Shown: positions 39,374-50,126, counted from the first letter of the stretch. The stretch is DNA of 64,000 nt from an uncultured Clostridia bacterium (GCA_947313885.1 CAMZNU010000020.1:437-64436); one strand, 5' to 3'. Numbers and translations: made by a program. Notes: generated from the letters alone by a model not told the origin.

Positions 39374-40354
39374 GTGATAACTATTAATTCTGTTTTAGTA
39401 ATCGGCGGATTAGGTTTAATATTTGGTATTATACTTTCTTACGCTGGTAAAAAACTAAAAGTTGAAGTCAACCCTAAAATCGAAAGTGTTCGTGATGCTC
39501 TACCTGGTGCTAATTGTGGTGGATGCGGATATACAGGGTGTGACCCTTTTGCTGAAGCTGTAGTAAATAATGAGGCTAAACCTTCTGGTTGCCCTGTTGG
39601 TGGAGATTCTACAACTGAGGCCATATGTAATATATTAGGTATTGAACCTACAACTGAAGCTCCTAAAACTGCTTTTGTTAAATGTAATGGTAACTGTAAC
39701 GTTGCACCTAATAAGTACGATTATTATGGTATCGATGATTGTAATATTGCGGCTCAATTAGCTGGTGATACACCAAAAATTTGTAAACACGGTTGTATGG
39801 GACTCGGTAGCTGTGTTAAAGCTTGTGAATTTGATGCTATCGATATTGTTGATGGTGTTGCTATTATCAATAAAGAGAAATGTGTAGCTTGTGGTGCATG
39901 TACCGTTGTGTGTCCTAAATTACTTATCGATATAGTGCCTGCTCTTAGCACTATACATGTAACTTGCAATTCAACTGACAAAGGTGCTACTGTTAAAAAA
40001 AGTTGTGAAGTTGGTTGTATTGGTTGTAAATTATGCGTTAAATCTTGTAATTTTGACGCTATAAATGTTACTAAATTTTTGGCTACCATTGATTATGATA
40101 AATGTAAATTATGTACACTTTGTGTTAAAAAATGCCCAACTGGTGCAATTATACATCAAAAAAAATTAAAGGTAGAAGTTGACGAAAAACCTAAAGCTGT
40201 TAAAAAAGCTAAGGTTGATAAAGAGCTTGCCTCTGATGAAAAACCTAAAGCTGTTAAAAAAACTAAGGTTGTTAAAGAGCTTGTCTCTGATGAAAAACCT
40301 AAAGCTGTTAAAAAAGCTAAGGTTGATAAAGAGCTTGATAGTACTTCTAAATAA
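39374..40354 (+). CDS. rnfB: Rnf complex subunit B, with a repetitive Lys-rich C-terminal tail.
   Basis: It has an N-terminal TM segment, a 4Fe-4S region (CGGCGYTGC) and several CxxCxxCxxxCP ferredoxin motifs. It is the last gene of the rnf cluster and has a GTG start with an SD sequence. Confidence 0.85.
   Translation: MITINSVLVIGGLGLIFGIILSYAGKKLKVEVNPKIESVRDALPGANCGGCGYTGCDPFAEAVVNNEAKPSGCPVGGDSTTEAICNILGIEPTTEAPKTAFVKCNGNCNVAPNKYDYYGIDDCNIAAQLAGDTPKICKHGCMGLGSCVKACEFDAIDIVDGVAIINKEKCVACGACTVVCPKLLIDIVPALSTIHVTCNSTDKGATVKKSCEVGCIGCKLCVKSCNFDAINVTKFLATIDYDKCKLCTLCVKKCPTGAIIHQKKLKVEVDEKPKAVKKAKVDKELASDEKPKAVKKTKVVKELVSDEKPKAVKKAKVDKELDSTSK
40181..40342 (+). repeat. Three in-frame tandem 54-bp repeats encoding DEKPKAVKK(A/T)KV(D/V)KEL(A/V/D)S at the RnfB C-terminus.
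   Basis: Read directly; the units are 40181-40234, 40235-40288 and 40289-40342. Confidence 0.9.
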
Positions 40355-40415
40355 AGTAACCAATCTACCAAAAGTCATGAAGATGGTAAGTAGGTAGAGT
40401 TAAAAAAAATAAATC

Positions 40416-40451
40416 AAAAAAAGATGGAAACATTAGTTTCCATCTTTTTTT
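40416..40451 (+). terminator. Intrinsic terminator after rnfB
   Basis: The stem agatggaaac / gtttccatct is followed by a T-run; read directly. Confidence 0.8.
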
Positions 40452-40640
40452 GGGGTTATTTTTTTGTTCTTAAGTATCTTCCAAATTCTTTTGTCATAAA
40501 TTTTTTAAATTTATTTTTTGTTGTATCTATATATACTCAAATATTTTAACTTATTTTACAACATCTAATGCAATCTAATATATTTCAAAAAATATTATCT
40601 TTATATTATCAACTTACAGCTATAATAATATATTTACACA

Positions 40641-40665
40641 AAAAAAATCGGCTAAGCCGATTTTT
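40641..40665 (-). terminator. Short intrinsic terminator after spoVT
   Basis: The sequence aaaaatcggc taa gccgattttt was read directly. Confidence 0.6.
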
Positions 40666-41206
40666 AATTATTTGATTGTTTTTCAAAAAATAATCCTACC
40701 GTTTCAATAATTTTTTCATCTGTTTCCTTTATTTTATTATTTTCACAAAAAATAACTATTCCGCCAATATTATCTCCATTAGCATTTATTGGTCTAATTA
40801 AATAATACTTAGGGCTAAATGAACTTTCTAAATCTTTAAAAAATTCTACTTCTTTTGTATATTCTCCTTTTGTTTTTTTTCTTTCATTTAATACGTCTTC
40901 TAACTCTGTTGTTATTAACTTATCTTTTATTTCTTTTGAACCTATTCCTGATACAGCTATTACTCTATCTCTATCAACTATACATGCCGTATGTCCTAAT
41001 ATTTCTGTTAAACTTTCACATATTCCTATAGCATAATCGCTTATTTCTCCCATTGGTGAAAACTTTTTTAAAATAACTTCACTTTTATTATTTGTAAATA
41101 TTTCTAAAAGCTCACCTTCTCGTATTCGTAACGTACGACGCATTTCCTTGGGAATTACTATCCTGCCCAAATCATCTATTCTTCTTACAATTCCTGTTGC
41201 CTTCAA
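40664..41206 (-). CDS. spoVT: Stage V sporulation protein T (AbrB-type DNA-binding domain plus a GAF-like domain)
   Basis: The N-terminus MKATGIVRRIDDLGRIVIPKEMRRTLRIREGE is almost identical to the remembered B. subtilis SpoVT. The 180-aa length fits. Confidence 0.85.
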   Translation of the reverse strand: MKATGIVRRIDDLGRIVIPKEMRRTLRIREGELLEIFTNNKSEVILKKFSPMGEISDYAIGICESLTEILGHTACIVDRDRVIAVSGIGSKEIKDKLITTELEDVLNERKKTKGEYTKEVEFFKDLESSFSPKYYLIRPINANGDNIGGIVIFCENNKIKETDEKIIETVGLFFEKQSNN

Positions 41207-41322
41207 ATTTATACCTCCTACTTTTATATACCTATTTTATTCTTTTATAGTATTAAGTATTTTTTTTCCTTTTATACCTATTCAACAAAAAAACTACTAT
41301 GAAATTAATCATAGTAGTTTTT

Positions 41323-42693
41323 TTAAAATTCTAAGTTATTTACCGTTCTTGCAAATGGTATAACATCTCTTATATTCGTCATTCCCGTTAAGTACATTAT
41401 GCATCTCTCAAATCCTAATCCGAATCCTCCATGTTTTACTGTACCATATTTTCTAAGTTCTAAATACCACCAATACTCTTCCTTATCTAATCCTGCTTCG
41501 TCCATTCTTCTTTCTAATATATCTAATCTTTCTTCCCTAGCACTACCACCTATTAACTCTCCAATTCCTGGTACTAATAAGTCTGATGCCGAAACTGTTT
41601 TGCCATCATCATTTAATCTCATATAAAATGATTTTATTTCTTTTGGATAATCTGTTACAAATACAGGTTTTTTAAAATACTCTTCTGCTAAATATCTTTC
41701 ATGCTCTGTTTGTAAGTCGCATCCCCAACTTACTTTATTTTCAAATCTATCATTTAATTTTTCTAATATTTCTACAGCTTCTGTATACGTTATTTTTCCA
41801 AATTCATTATTAACTACATTATTTAATCTTTCTAATAATCCCGTATCTACAAATTTGTTCAAAAACTTTAACTCTTCTTCTGCTTTTTCTAATACGTAGC
41901 TTATTACGAACTTTAGCATGTCCTCTGCTACTCCCGTAACATCATCTAAATTAGCAAAACATATTTCTGGCTCAACCATCCAAAATTCTGCCGCATGTCT
42001 CGTAGTATTAGAGTTCTCCGCTCTAAACGTAGGACCAAATGTATATACATTTTTAAATGCTGTTGCAAAAGTTTCTGCTGATAACTGTCCACTTACCGTT
42101 AATCCCGCAAATTTTCCAAAAAAATCTTCTTTTACATCACTTTTACCTTCTGGTAACGTCGTTACTCTAAACATCTCACCAGCACCTTCACAGTCGCTTC
42201 CTGTTAATATTGGCGTATGTACATTTACATAATCTCTCTCATTAAAAAATTTATGAAATGCATAACTCGCTAATGATCTAATTCTAAATACTGCACTATA
42301 CGCATTTGTTCTTGCTCTTAAGTGTGATATCGTTCTTAAATATTCAAATGTATGTCTTTTCTTTTGTAACGGGTAATCACTATGTGATGCACCTTCTACT
42401 TTTATTGCTGTAGCTTGTACTTCAAAGTTTTGCTCTTTACCTTCACTCTCTACTAATATACCAACTACACTTAAACACGCTCCTACATTTTGCTTTATTA
42501 TTTCTTCATAATTTTCTAACTCATTATTTACTACTATTTGTACACCTTTAAAAAATGTACCGTCATTTAAGTCTATAAATGCTAAGCTTTTATTACTTCT
42601 TATAGTTCTTGCCCATCCACCTATTTCAATTTCCTTATTTAATAAACTTTTGTACCCGTCTTCTTTATATAATTTTAATATATCTTTTTTCAT
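41323..42693 (-). CDS. asnS: Asparagine--tRNA ligase
   Basis: 456 aa. It has a class IIb OB-fold N-terminus ([21 protein letters not shown]), [21 protein letters not shown] and GFGLGFER. Confidence 0.9.
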   Translation of the reverse strand: MKKDILKLYKEDGYKSLLNKEIEIGGWARTIRSNKSLAFIDLNDGTFFKGVQIVVNNELENYEEIIKQNVGACLSVVGILVESEGKEQNFEVQATAIKVEGASHSDYPLQKKRHTFEYLRTISHLRARTNAYSAVFRIRSLASYAFHKFFNERDYVNVHTPILTGSDCEGAGEMFRVTTLPEGKSDVKEDFFGKFAGLTVSGQLSAETFATAFKNVYTFGPTFRAENSNTTRHAAEFWMVEPEICFANLDDVTGVAEDMLKFVISYVLEKAEEELKFLNKFVDTGLLERLNNVVNNEFGKITYTEAVEILEKLNDRFENKVSWGCDLQTEHERYLAEEYFKKPVFVTDYPKEIKSFYMRLNDDGKTVSASDLLVPGIGELIGGSAREERLDILERRMDEAGLDKEEYWWYLELRKYGTVKHGGFGLGFERCIMYLTGMTNIRDVIPFARTVNNLEF

Positions 42694-42828
42694 GTTATTA
42701 CCCCTTTCTATTAGATTAAATAAATTATATAACTTTATATTTACTTATTCAAGGGTTTTAGCTCACTTTTACATTTTTTCAAAAAAATAAAGCCTACTGT
42801 TTAGGCTTTATTTTTTATCTCTTCCTTT

Positions 42829-43617
42829 TTATTTAACAGGTGGTGCAAAAACATCCATAGGGAATTCTATTCCATCAAAAAATTCACATGGTGTTACTCC
42901 TGTACATTCACAATTTTTTGGCTCACACATACCTCTAGATTCTACTTGCATATCTACTAATCTACATACTTTTATTACTGTAAATAATCCTATTGTTACT
43001 AATACCGCATTTGCTTCTGGTGGATAATCCTCTGGGCTACTTTCATTTCCACATCCACATTTTTTTACTTTTGCAAAATGTAGTTTAGCTTCTAGCGATA
43101 CCGCCTTACCTTCTACTATTACAAATGGATCCGCTTCTAAAACATTTCCTAAACTTTGTGTTAACAAATCCGATGCTATTACTATATCTGTTCCTTCTGA
43201 ACCAAATAAACATACTTTTTTATTGTAAATGCTGTTTGCTTTTACTGTCCCTATTATTGAACCATTTGATTCTCTAAATGTTAACGTATACACAAACACG
43301 TATCTTATACTTATATCCCAATATCCTTTTTTAAACGGACTTGGCTCTTTCCCAACTATCATTATTTTCTTAGTTCTTAATTTATCTATAGACACTGTTG
43401 CCGCATTTGATGGTGGATCTATTATTTCACCTTTTATTATTTCTTCATCACCTAAAGTTGTATTTTCCGCCGCTCTTGCTGGACCTAAAACATCCGTTCT
43501 GCAACAATCTTGCACTTTACAAGAATCATATATTTTTAGTGCCACTATGCAATTCTCATCCATTATCTTGTTATCTATTTCATTCTTATAGCTATTTTCA
43601 AATTCAAATGTACCCAT
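42829..43617 (-). CDS. Cysteine-rich hypothetical protein (262 aa, 13 Cys clustered at both ends)
   Basis: A strong SD sequence (AGGAGGA) precedes the ATG and the composition looks coding. I did not recognise the family. Confidence 0.6.
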   Translation of the reverse strand: MGTFEFENSYKNEIDNKIMDENCIVALKIYDSCKVQDCCRTDVLGPARAAENTTLGDEEIIKGEIIDPPSNAATVSIDKLRTKKIMIVGKEPSPFKKGYWDISIRYVFVYTLTFRESNGSIIGTVKANSIYNKKVCLFGSEGTDIVIASDLLTQSLGNVLEADPFVIVEGKAVSLEAKLHFAKVKKCGCGNESSPEDYPPEANAVLVTIGLFTVIKVCRLVDMQVESRGMCEPKNCECTGVTPCEFFDGIEFPMDVFAPPVK

Positions 43618-44321
43618 TTTTTATATCCTCCTACTAAACTTTATTATATTTCATTGTATGATGTTTATGTAATATTGTGACTTTTCTAAATTAAAAAAGA
43701 TGAGGATAGTTATTTGAAATAATAAAAGTAACTATTCAAAACCATAGTTTTAAACATATTGTTTATTTGCTTTTTTGAACAATCAAAAATTCTATCATAG
43801 TATTTAATAATTAGAGTAAACTGATCGTTTATTTTAAAGTTTTTTAATCAAAGAAAATATAACTATCTTTATTTTTAAAAAATCAATAGAATTATGCGTA
43901 AGTGCAATATTTTATATCCAATAAATATAAGTATATTACTAAACCACAAATAAACAAGCTTATGCATTAAAAAGAAAATTCAATTACTAAATGTAACTTA
44001 CTTAACCTAATTGCATATTCATTTACTATCAAAAAAATATAATTTTAGCCTATGAACTATGATAAATACTATAAAAGATTATGAATATAAAATTTTAATT
44101 AAACCTAATTGCTTTATTTCTTAAAATAAAACTTTCATTACACAGCCATAAATTCCAAAACCTACTTGTATCAATGTCTACATCAGATGAGAAAATTACT
44201 GGAATAATGCTACAATGAACCTTTTTTGATCACATAAAAAGTTTAGTACATTGTTAGAAGTTAAAACAGCCATAGATAATTTATTATTATTAAAATAATC
44301 ACAAGTATATATGCTTTAAAA

Positions 44322-44354
44322 AAGATGATTCCTGTACAATACAGAAATCATCTT
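44322..44354 (-). terminator. Intrinsic terminator downstream of the pnp / Fur-family unit
   Basis: The stem aagatgatt / aatcatctt has A and T flanks; read directly. Confidence 0.6.
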
Positions 44355-44424
44355 TTACTTTATACTATTTAAATGCTTTTTTCTAATTCTAAAGCATAGG
44401 TTACAGTTTTATTTTGACCGTTTT

Positions 44425-44844
44425 TTACCAACAATTTTTACAAATTCCCCTTAATATTATTTCTTCTTTTTCAATTTTATAGTCATCACATTTTTCGGCT
44501 TTCTTTAATATCTTTCCTATATTAATATTACCACTACTATCTTTAACGGATTTGCATACATTACATATTAAATGAATATGGTCACTAGTGTCTGCATCAA
44601 ATCTTTTAAAATTATTTTCTATATATATCTCCTTTATTACACCTATCTCTACCATCGACTTTAAATTTCTATATACTGTAGATACACTTATTTTTGGATA
44701 GTCTACTTTAATATTTTTATATATAGTTTCAGCTGTTGGATGTTCTTTAGTGCTACATATATAATTATACATAGCTACTCTTTTTGGTGTTACCTTTAAT
44801 CCACCTTCCCTAAGTTGTTCCTCTATACATTTAATTCTACTCAC
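44425..44844 (-). CDS. Fur family transcriptional regulator. Fur, PerR and Zur cannot be told apart here.
   Basis: 139 aa with a winged-helix N-terminus, and HxH and CxxC...CxxC metal sites (HIHLICNVC, CKNC). Confidence 0.8.
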   Translation of the reverse strand: MSRIKCIEEQLREGGLKVTPKRVAMYNYICSTKEHPTAETIYKNIKVDYPKISVSTVYRNLKSMVEIGVIKEIYIENNFKRFDADTSDHIHLICNVCKSVKDSSGNINIGKILKKAEKCDDYKIEKEEIILRGICKNCW

Positions 44845-44860
44845 CTCTTTTTACTAATAT

Positions 44861-46966
44861 TTATTGTTTAGGTACTACTCTTGTTAAGCTTATTTTGCCT
44901 TGCTTATCTATGGCTGTTACTATTACTTTTATAGCTTCTCCTTCACTTACTACATCTTCCACTTTTTCCACTCTTTTAGTATCTAATTTAGAAATATGCA
45001 CTAATCCCTCTTTACCTGGTAACACTCTTACAAATGCACCAAAGTTCATTATTTTAGTTACTACTCCATCATATTCTTTATTTATTTCTACATCTGCTGT
45101 TATTTCTAATACCATTGCTTTTGCTTTTTTAACAGCTTCTCTATTTGCATCACATATAAATACATTTCCATCATCGTCTGTATCTATTTTTGACACTCCT
45201 GATTCTTCTAATATCTTCTTAATAGTTTTACCTTTTGGTCCTATTAAATCAGCTATTTTTTCAACTTTAATTTTTACTAACTCTATTTGTGGTGCATATT
45301 CTGATATGTCTTCCCTTGGTTTATCTATACATTTTAACATTACTTCTTCTAATATAAATTTTCTTGCCTCTTTAGTTTGCGCTAATGATGCTTTTATTAT
45401 TTCATTTGATAAACCTTTTATTTTCATATCCATTTGGATCGCTGTTATACCTTTACTAGTACCTGCTACTTTAAAATCCATATCTCCAAAGAAATCTTCT
45501 AGCCCTTGTATATCTGTTAATAAAACAAAATCATCTTCTGTCTCACCTGTTACTAATCCTACTGATATCCCTGCTACTGGTCTCGTAATAGGTACTCCTG
45601 CCGCCATTAATGCTAACGTACTACCGCATACACTAGCTTGTGATGTTGAACCGTTTGAACTTAATATTTCTGAAACTGTTCTTATTGCATATGGGAAATC
45701 TTCTTCACTTGGTAACACTGGTAACAATGCTCTTTCTGCTAATGCACCGTGTCCTATTTCTCTTCTTCCTGTTCCTCTTGATGGTCGCGCCTCACCTACT
45801 GAATATGCTGGGAAATTATAATGATGCATATATCTTTTTGTCTCTACCGATGTATCTAACCCATCTACTCTTTGTACTTCACTCATAGCTCCTAACGTCG
45901 CTATGTTTAATACTTTTGTTTGCCCTCTACTAAATATTGCCGAACCATGAGTTCGCGGTAATATATCTATAGTTGATGTTAATTCTCTAAGCTCATCTAA
46001 TTTTCTACCGTCGGGTCTTTTATGATCTTTATATATCATTTTTCTTACTGTTTCTTTTTCAAATTTATACATGGCGTCATTTATTTTATTTGTAACTTCA
46101 CTAATTTCATCTTCTTCTACGCCATTTAGCATTTTTTCTAAAACTTTTTCTTTTAGTACAGAAAGGTTTTCATCTCTAATTTGTTTAAAATCTGTAAATA
46201 CTGCTTCTTCCATTCCTTCTGGTGTTATTATTTCTACTACCTCGTTGAATATTTCTTCATCTACGGTATGTACTTCATAGCTATGTTTTTCCTTACCATT
46301 TTCTTTAACTATTAAATCTATAAACTCAACTATTTTTTTATTTTCTTCATGGGCTAACATAATTCCTTCATACATAATTTCTTCTGATATTTCATTTGCC
46401 CCTGCTTCTATCATCATTACTTTTTCTGATGTTGAACTTACACTAAGCGCTAAGTCACTTTTTTCTCGTTGCTCTGCTGTAGGATTTATTACTAATTCCC
46501 CATCTACATATCCAACTTGCACAGAACCTGTAGGACCATTAAATGGAATGTCTGATACTGCTAATACTATCGATGCTCCTACCATTGCTGTAACTTCTGG
46601 GCTACAATCTTGTTCTACACATAATACTGTATTTACTAAACATACATCATTTCTATAATCTTTTGGAAATAATGGTCTAAGTGGTCTATCTATTACTCTT
46701 GATGTTAATACTGAATTTTCTGCTGGTCTTCCTTCTCTCTTTAAAAAACCTCCTGGTATTTTACCTACTGAATACATTTTCTCTTCATAATCAATACTAA
46801 GTGGAAAAAAATCAATTCCTTCACGTGGTTTTTCCGATGCTGTTACTGTTGTTAACACTGTCGTGTCACCATATTTTATTAATGCTGACCCATTTGCTAA
46901 TTCTGCAATTCCTAACTCAACTGATAAAGTCCTACCTGCAATTTCCATAGAATATACTTTTTGCAT
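44861..46966 (-). CDS. pnp: Polyribonucleotide nucleotidyltransferase (PNPase)
   Basis: 701 aa with two RNase PH domains, a KH domain and a C-terminal S1 domain (GVVTKIMNFGAFV). Confidence 0.96.
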   Translation of the reverse strand: MQKVYSMEIAGRTLSVELGIAELANGSALIKYGDTTVLTTVTASEKPREGIDFFPLSIDYEEKMYSVGKIPGGFLKREGRPAENSVLTSRVIDRPLRPLFPKDYRNDVCLVNTVLCVEQDCSPEVTAMVGASIVLAVSDIPFNGPTGSVQVGYVDGELVINPTAEQREKSDLALSVSSTSEKVMMIEAGANEISEEIMYEGIMLAHEENKKIVEFIDLIVKENGKEKHSYEVHTVDEEIFNEVVEIITPEGMEEAVFTDFKQIRDENLSVLKEKVLEKMLNGVEEDEISEVTNKINDAMYKFEKETVRKMIYKDHKRPDGRKLDELRELTSTIDILPRTHGSAIFSRGQTKVLNIATLGAMSEVQRVDGLDTSVETKRYMHHYNFPAYSVGEARPSRGTGRREIGHGALAERALLPVLPSEEDFPYAIRTVSEILSSNGSTSQASVCGSTLALMAAGVPITRPVAGISVGLVTGETEDDFVLLTDIQGLEDFFGDMDFKVAGTSKGITAIQMDMKIKGLSNEIIKASLAQTKEARKFILEEVMLKCIDKPREDISEYAPQIELVKIKVEKIADLIGPKGKTIKKILEESGVSKIDTDDDGNVFICDANREAVKKAKAMVLEITADVEINKEYDGVVTKIMNFGAFVRVLPGKEGLVHISKLDTKRVEKVEDVVSEGEAIKVIVTAIDKQGKISLTRVVPKQ

Positions 46967-47036
46967 TTGTTATTCCCCTCTCTGTTTCATCTATTTTATA
47001 TATAATATTTTTTGGTTTTATTTTTTAAAAAAAGCT

Positions 47037-47072
47037 TCTTCTATAAAAGAAGAAGCTTTTTTGTATTCTGCT
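47037..47072 (-). terminator. rpsO terminator, which is also the pnp leader hairpin
   Basis: The stem aaaaaagcttcttc / gaagaagctttttt was read directly, between rpsO and pnp. Confidence 0.8.
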
Positions 47073-47075
47073 TGC

Positions 47076-47333
47076 TTATTTTCTTAATCCTAATTCTTCA
47101 AGGATTTCACGGTATTTAACTATATCTTTGTTCATAACATATTTTAATAACCCTTTTCTTTGACCAACCATTTTTAATAAACCACGTCTTGAATGGTGAT
47201 CTTTTTTATTGATTTTTAAATGCTCTGTTAAATGGTTAATTCTTTCTGTTAATAACGCTATTTGAACTTCTGGTGAACCTGTGTCTGTTGCATTTCTTCC
47301 GTATTTTGCTACTACTTCTTTTTTTGTTAACAT
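47076..47333 (-). CDS. rpsO: 30S ribosomal protein S15
   Basis: 85 aa with an S15 signature ([32 protein letters not shown]). Confidence 0.96.
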   Translation of the reverse strand: MLTKKEVVAKYGRNATDTGSPEVQIALLTERINHLTEHLKINKKDHHSRRGLLKMVGQRKGLLKYVMNKDIVKYREILEELGLRK

Positions 47334-47430
47334 AATTAAATGTCCTCCTATAATTTTAAAATATACACCCCATACACCACGTAACAGTTGGAGTATCTAA
47401 TTACCTCGCGCAGGATATGTAACCTCATAC
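47334..47430 (-). promoter_or_regulatory. rpsO 5' leader, a possible S15 autoregulatory structure.
   Basis: The stretch is locally GC-richer and structured-looking (cctcgcgcagg, ccccatacaccacg) and lies immediately upstream of the rpsO SD. Autogenous S15 control is known in several phyla. I did not verify a fold. Confidence 0.3.
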
Positions 47431-47477
47431 TATCATAATAAAATACTTTTGTACAACATTTTTAAAACAATTTTGTT

Positions 47478-48278
47478 TTAAAATACAAAAAATCTTTGTA
47501 TAAACATTTGATCCATTAAAACTAACGTTCCTATTACAAACACATAATAAGAAAATATTTTTAAACTATAATTTTTAATTACATATAACATAATATTTAT
47601 AGCTAAGTATCCTGATAACATAGAACTTGCAAATCCGAACATTAACACAGAATTACTTACCCCTATTTCGTAATTACTAGACATAACCATTTTTAAAACT
47701 TGTAATACTAACGCACCACCAATAGCTGGTATAGATAATAAAAATGAATATTTAGCTGCTGTTTCTTTATTTATCCCCGCAAATAATGCCCCTGCTATTG
47801 TAGAACCTGATCTTGACACTGCTGGTAAAATCGCTAACCCTTGCATACTCCCAACTAATAACGCATCTTTATATGTTATATCTTTTTCTTTTTTCTTTTT
47901 AGACTGAGACGTCTTATCTGCATACATTAATACGAATCCCGTAAATAAAAATCCGAAACCTATATATTTACCTGTCTCAAATAATTGTTCTATATTATCA
48001 CTAAACAATAACCCAACTATTACAGCTGGTATAGTTCCTACTATTAATAAGTATGTCATTTTTTGATTCGGCTTTTTTAAAATTTCTATAATATCTTTTC
48101 TATATACTATTAAAACTGGTATTAATGTTCCTATGTGCAATATTATATCGAAAAAAATTGTAACTTCCGAAACTCCTAACACTTTTTGGAATAAAACTAA
48201 ATGCCCCGAACTACTTATTGGTAAAAATTCCGCTATCCCCTGTACTATTCCTAATATTACTGCCTGTAAAATTGTCAT
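47478..48278 (-). CDS. uppP: Undecaprenyl-diphosphate phosphatase
   Basis: 266-aa membrane protein of the BacA/UppP type (GIAEFLPISSSGHL, SRSGSTI). Confidence 0.9.
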   Translation of the reverse strand: MTILQAVILGIVQGIAEFLPISSSGHLVLFQKVLGVSEVTIFFDIILHIGTLIPVLIVYRKDIIEILKKPNQKMTYLLIVGTIPAVIVGLLFSDNIEQLFETGKYIGFGFLFTGFVLMYADKTSQSKKKKEKDITYKDALLVGSMQGLAILPAVSRSGSTIAGALFAGINKETAAKYSFLLSIPAIGGALVLQVLKMVMSSNYEIGVSNSVLMFGFASSMLSGYLAINIMLYVIKNYSLKIFSYYVFVIGTLVLMDQMFIQRFFVF

Positions 48279-48450
48279 TTTTTATCCTCATTCCTTTAAT
48301 TATTATGAATTTTATAATAACATACTTAAATATATGTTGCAATTTTCATTAACTATGTTATTATAAAAAGTAATCTAATTATAAAATATGAAAAATATTA
48401 TGTAATTATACTGTAAATTTATTAACTTAAGATAATCGAAGGGAAATTTC

Positions 48451-50124
48451 ATGGAATTAAAAAAATTTGAAGATTTAAACATTAGTAGTGAAGTAAAAAG
48501 AGCAATAAGAGATTTAGGATTTGAAAACGCAACTCCTATTCAATCACAATCAATTGATTTGATATTAGACGGAAAAGATATTTTTGGTCAATCACAAACA
48601 GGTACTGGTAAAACAGGAGCTTTTGCTATACCTTGTATAGAAAAAATTGATGGTAGTAACAAAAACTTACAAGCAATTGTATTATGTCCAACTCGTGAAC
48701 TTGCAATGCAAGTTAGCGAAGAATTTAGAAAGTTTTTAAAATACAAAAAAGATGTAAAAGTATTACCAGTCTATGGAGGTCAACAAATTGATCGACAAAT
48801 TACAGCACTTCGTAAAGGTGTACAAATAGTTGTAGGTACTCCTGGACGTGTTATGGATCATATGAGAAGAAAAACTATTAAATTTAGCGACCTTAAAATG
48901 GTTATTCTTGATGAAGCTGATGAAATGCTTAACATGGGCTTTAGAGAAGATATTGAAAGTATATTAGAAAAAACTAACCAAGATAGACAAACTATTCTAT
49001 TCTCTGCAACGTTACCTAAAGCTATATTAAAAATTATTAATACTTTTCAAAATGACCCAGAACATATAAAAATACAGAAAAAAGAAATTACTGTTACTAA
49101 TATAGAACAAAAATATATGGTCGTTCCAGAAAGAAGTAAGTTTGAAGCACTTTGTAGAGTCATTGATGTGCAAAACCCAAATCTTGCTATAGTTTTTTGT
49201 AATACTAAACGTCGTGTTGATGATGTAGTTGAAAAATTACAAAAACGTGGATATTTTGCCGCTGGTCTTCACGGAGATTTAAAACAACTTCAAAGAGACG
49301 TTGTAATGAAAAAATTTAGAACACGAACTTTAAGGGTTCTTGTTGCTACTGATGTAGCCGCTCGTGGTATTGATGTTGACGACGTTGAACTTGTTTTAAA
49401 CTTTGATTTACCTCAAGAAGCTGAATATTATGTTCACAGAATCGGTAGAACTGGTCGTGCTGGTAAAAAAGGTTTCTCTGTTTCTTTAGTTACTTCTAGA
49501 GAAATTAGACGTCTTAAAGAAATTATTAGCTATACAAAATCTGTTATTAATGAAGATAAACCACCATCAATAACAGATATTGAAAAAGCTAAATCAGAAC
49601 AATATTTCGCAAGTATTAAAAAAGTTATGGAAAAAGATAACTTAGAAAAGTATAAACAACTTATTTATAACTATGTTGGCGAAGGATACGAACTTATTGA
49701 TATCGCTTCTGCAATTCTAAAATTACAATTACACAATGATGCTATTGAAGATGTTGATTTTAATGAACGTCGTCGTGGTCGTGATAATAACCGTGGTTCT
49801 AATAATAATGGCGGTGGACGTCGTGGTAACAACGGTGGTAAAACTAGCGGTAAAGGTAGCGGTAACTTAGATGGTAAAAGTAGTACTCGTTTATTTTTTA
49901 ACGTAGGTAAAAAAGACCGTATTAGCCCTAAAGATTTAGTTGGTGCTATCGCTAATGAATCAGGAATTTCTAGTAACAATATCGGTTCTATTGACATTTT
50001 TAACGAATTTAGTTTTGTTGATGTTAGTAAAAACTTTGCCGATACTGTTCTTAGTAAAGTTAATGGTAAAAAATTACGTGGTAAATCTATATCTGTAGAA
50101 AAAGCTAAAAAAAATAAAAGATAA
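48451..50124 (+). CDS. DEAD-box ATP-dependent RNA helicase with an RGG/N-rich linker and a DbpA-like C-terminal RNA-binding domain
   Basis: It has a Q motif, AQSQTGTGKT, DEAD, SAT and HRIGRTGR. The C-terminal block is FFNVGKKDRISPKDLVGAI. Confidence 0.92.
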   Translation: MELKKFEDLNISSEVKRAIRDLGFENATPIQSQSIDLILDGKDIFGQSQTGTGKTGAFAIPCIEKIDGSNKNLQAIVLCPTRELAMQVSEEFRKFLKYKKDVKVLPVYGGQQIDRQITALRKGVQIVVGTPGRVMDHMRRKTIKFSDLKMVILDEADEMLNMGFREDIESILEKTNQDRQTILFSATLPKAILKIINTFQNDPEHIKIQKKEITVTNIEQKYMVVPERSKFEALCRVIDVQNPNLAIVFCNTKRRVDDVVEKLQKRGYFAAGLHGDLKQLQRDVVMKKFRTRTLRVLVATDVAARGIDVDDVELVLNFDLPQEAEYYVHRIGRTGRAGKKGFSVSLVTSREIRRLKEIISYTKSVINEDKPPSITDIEKAKSEQYFASIKKVMEKDNLEKYKQLIYNYVGEGYELIDIASAILKLQLHNDAIEDVDFNERRRGRDNNRGSNNNGGGRRGNNGGKTSGKGSGNLDGKSSTRLFFNVGKKDRISPKDLVGAIANESGISSNNIGSIDIFNEFSFVDVSKNFADTVLSKVNGKKLRGKSISVEKAKKNKR

Positions 50125-50126
50125 TA

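Noticed and set aside
40156-40397. Three overlapping ORFs on both strands at the rnfB 3' end with internally repetitive peptides.
   Set aside because: They are alternative-frame readings of the 3 x 54-bp repeat that is in frame with rnfB.
41207-42828. T-box leaders or other riboswitches upstream of asnS, hisS, aspS and alaS. I also looked across the window for tRNA/rRNA genes and for transposase, integrase or phage genes flanking the CRISPR locus.
   Set aside because: The intergenic spaces are too short for T-boxes (135 nt before asnS, most of it taken by the upstream gene's terminator, and none before hisS, aspS or alaS). I saw no tRNA-like T-arm motifs, no rRNA and no mobile-element ORFs. 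A covariance-model scan would be needed to be sure.
49671-49997. A minus-strand 108-aa Pro/Leu/Arg-rich ORF.
   Set aside because: It is the antisense reading of the RGG/N-rich linker of the DEAD-box helicase.
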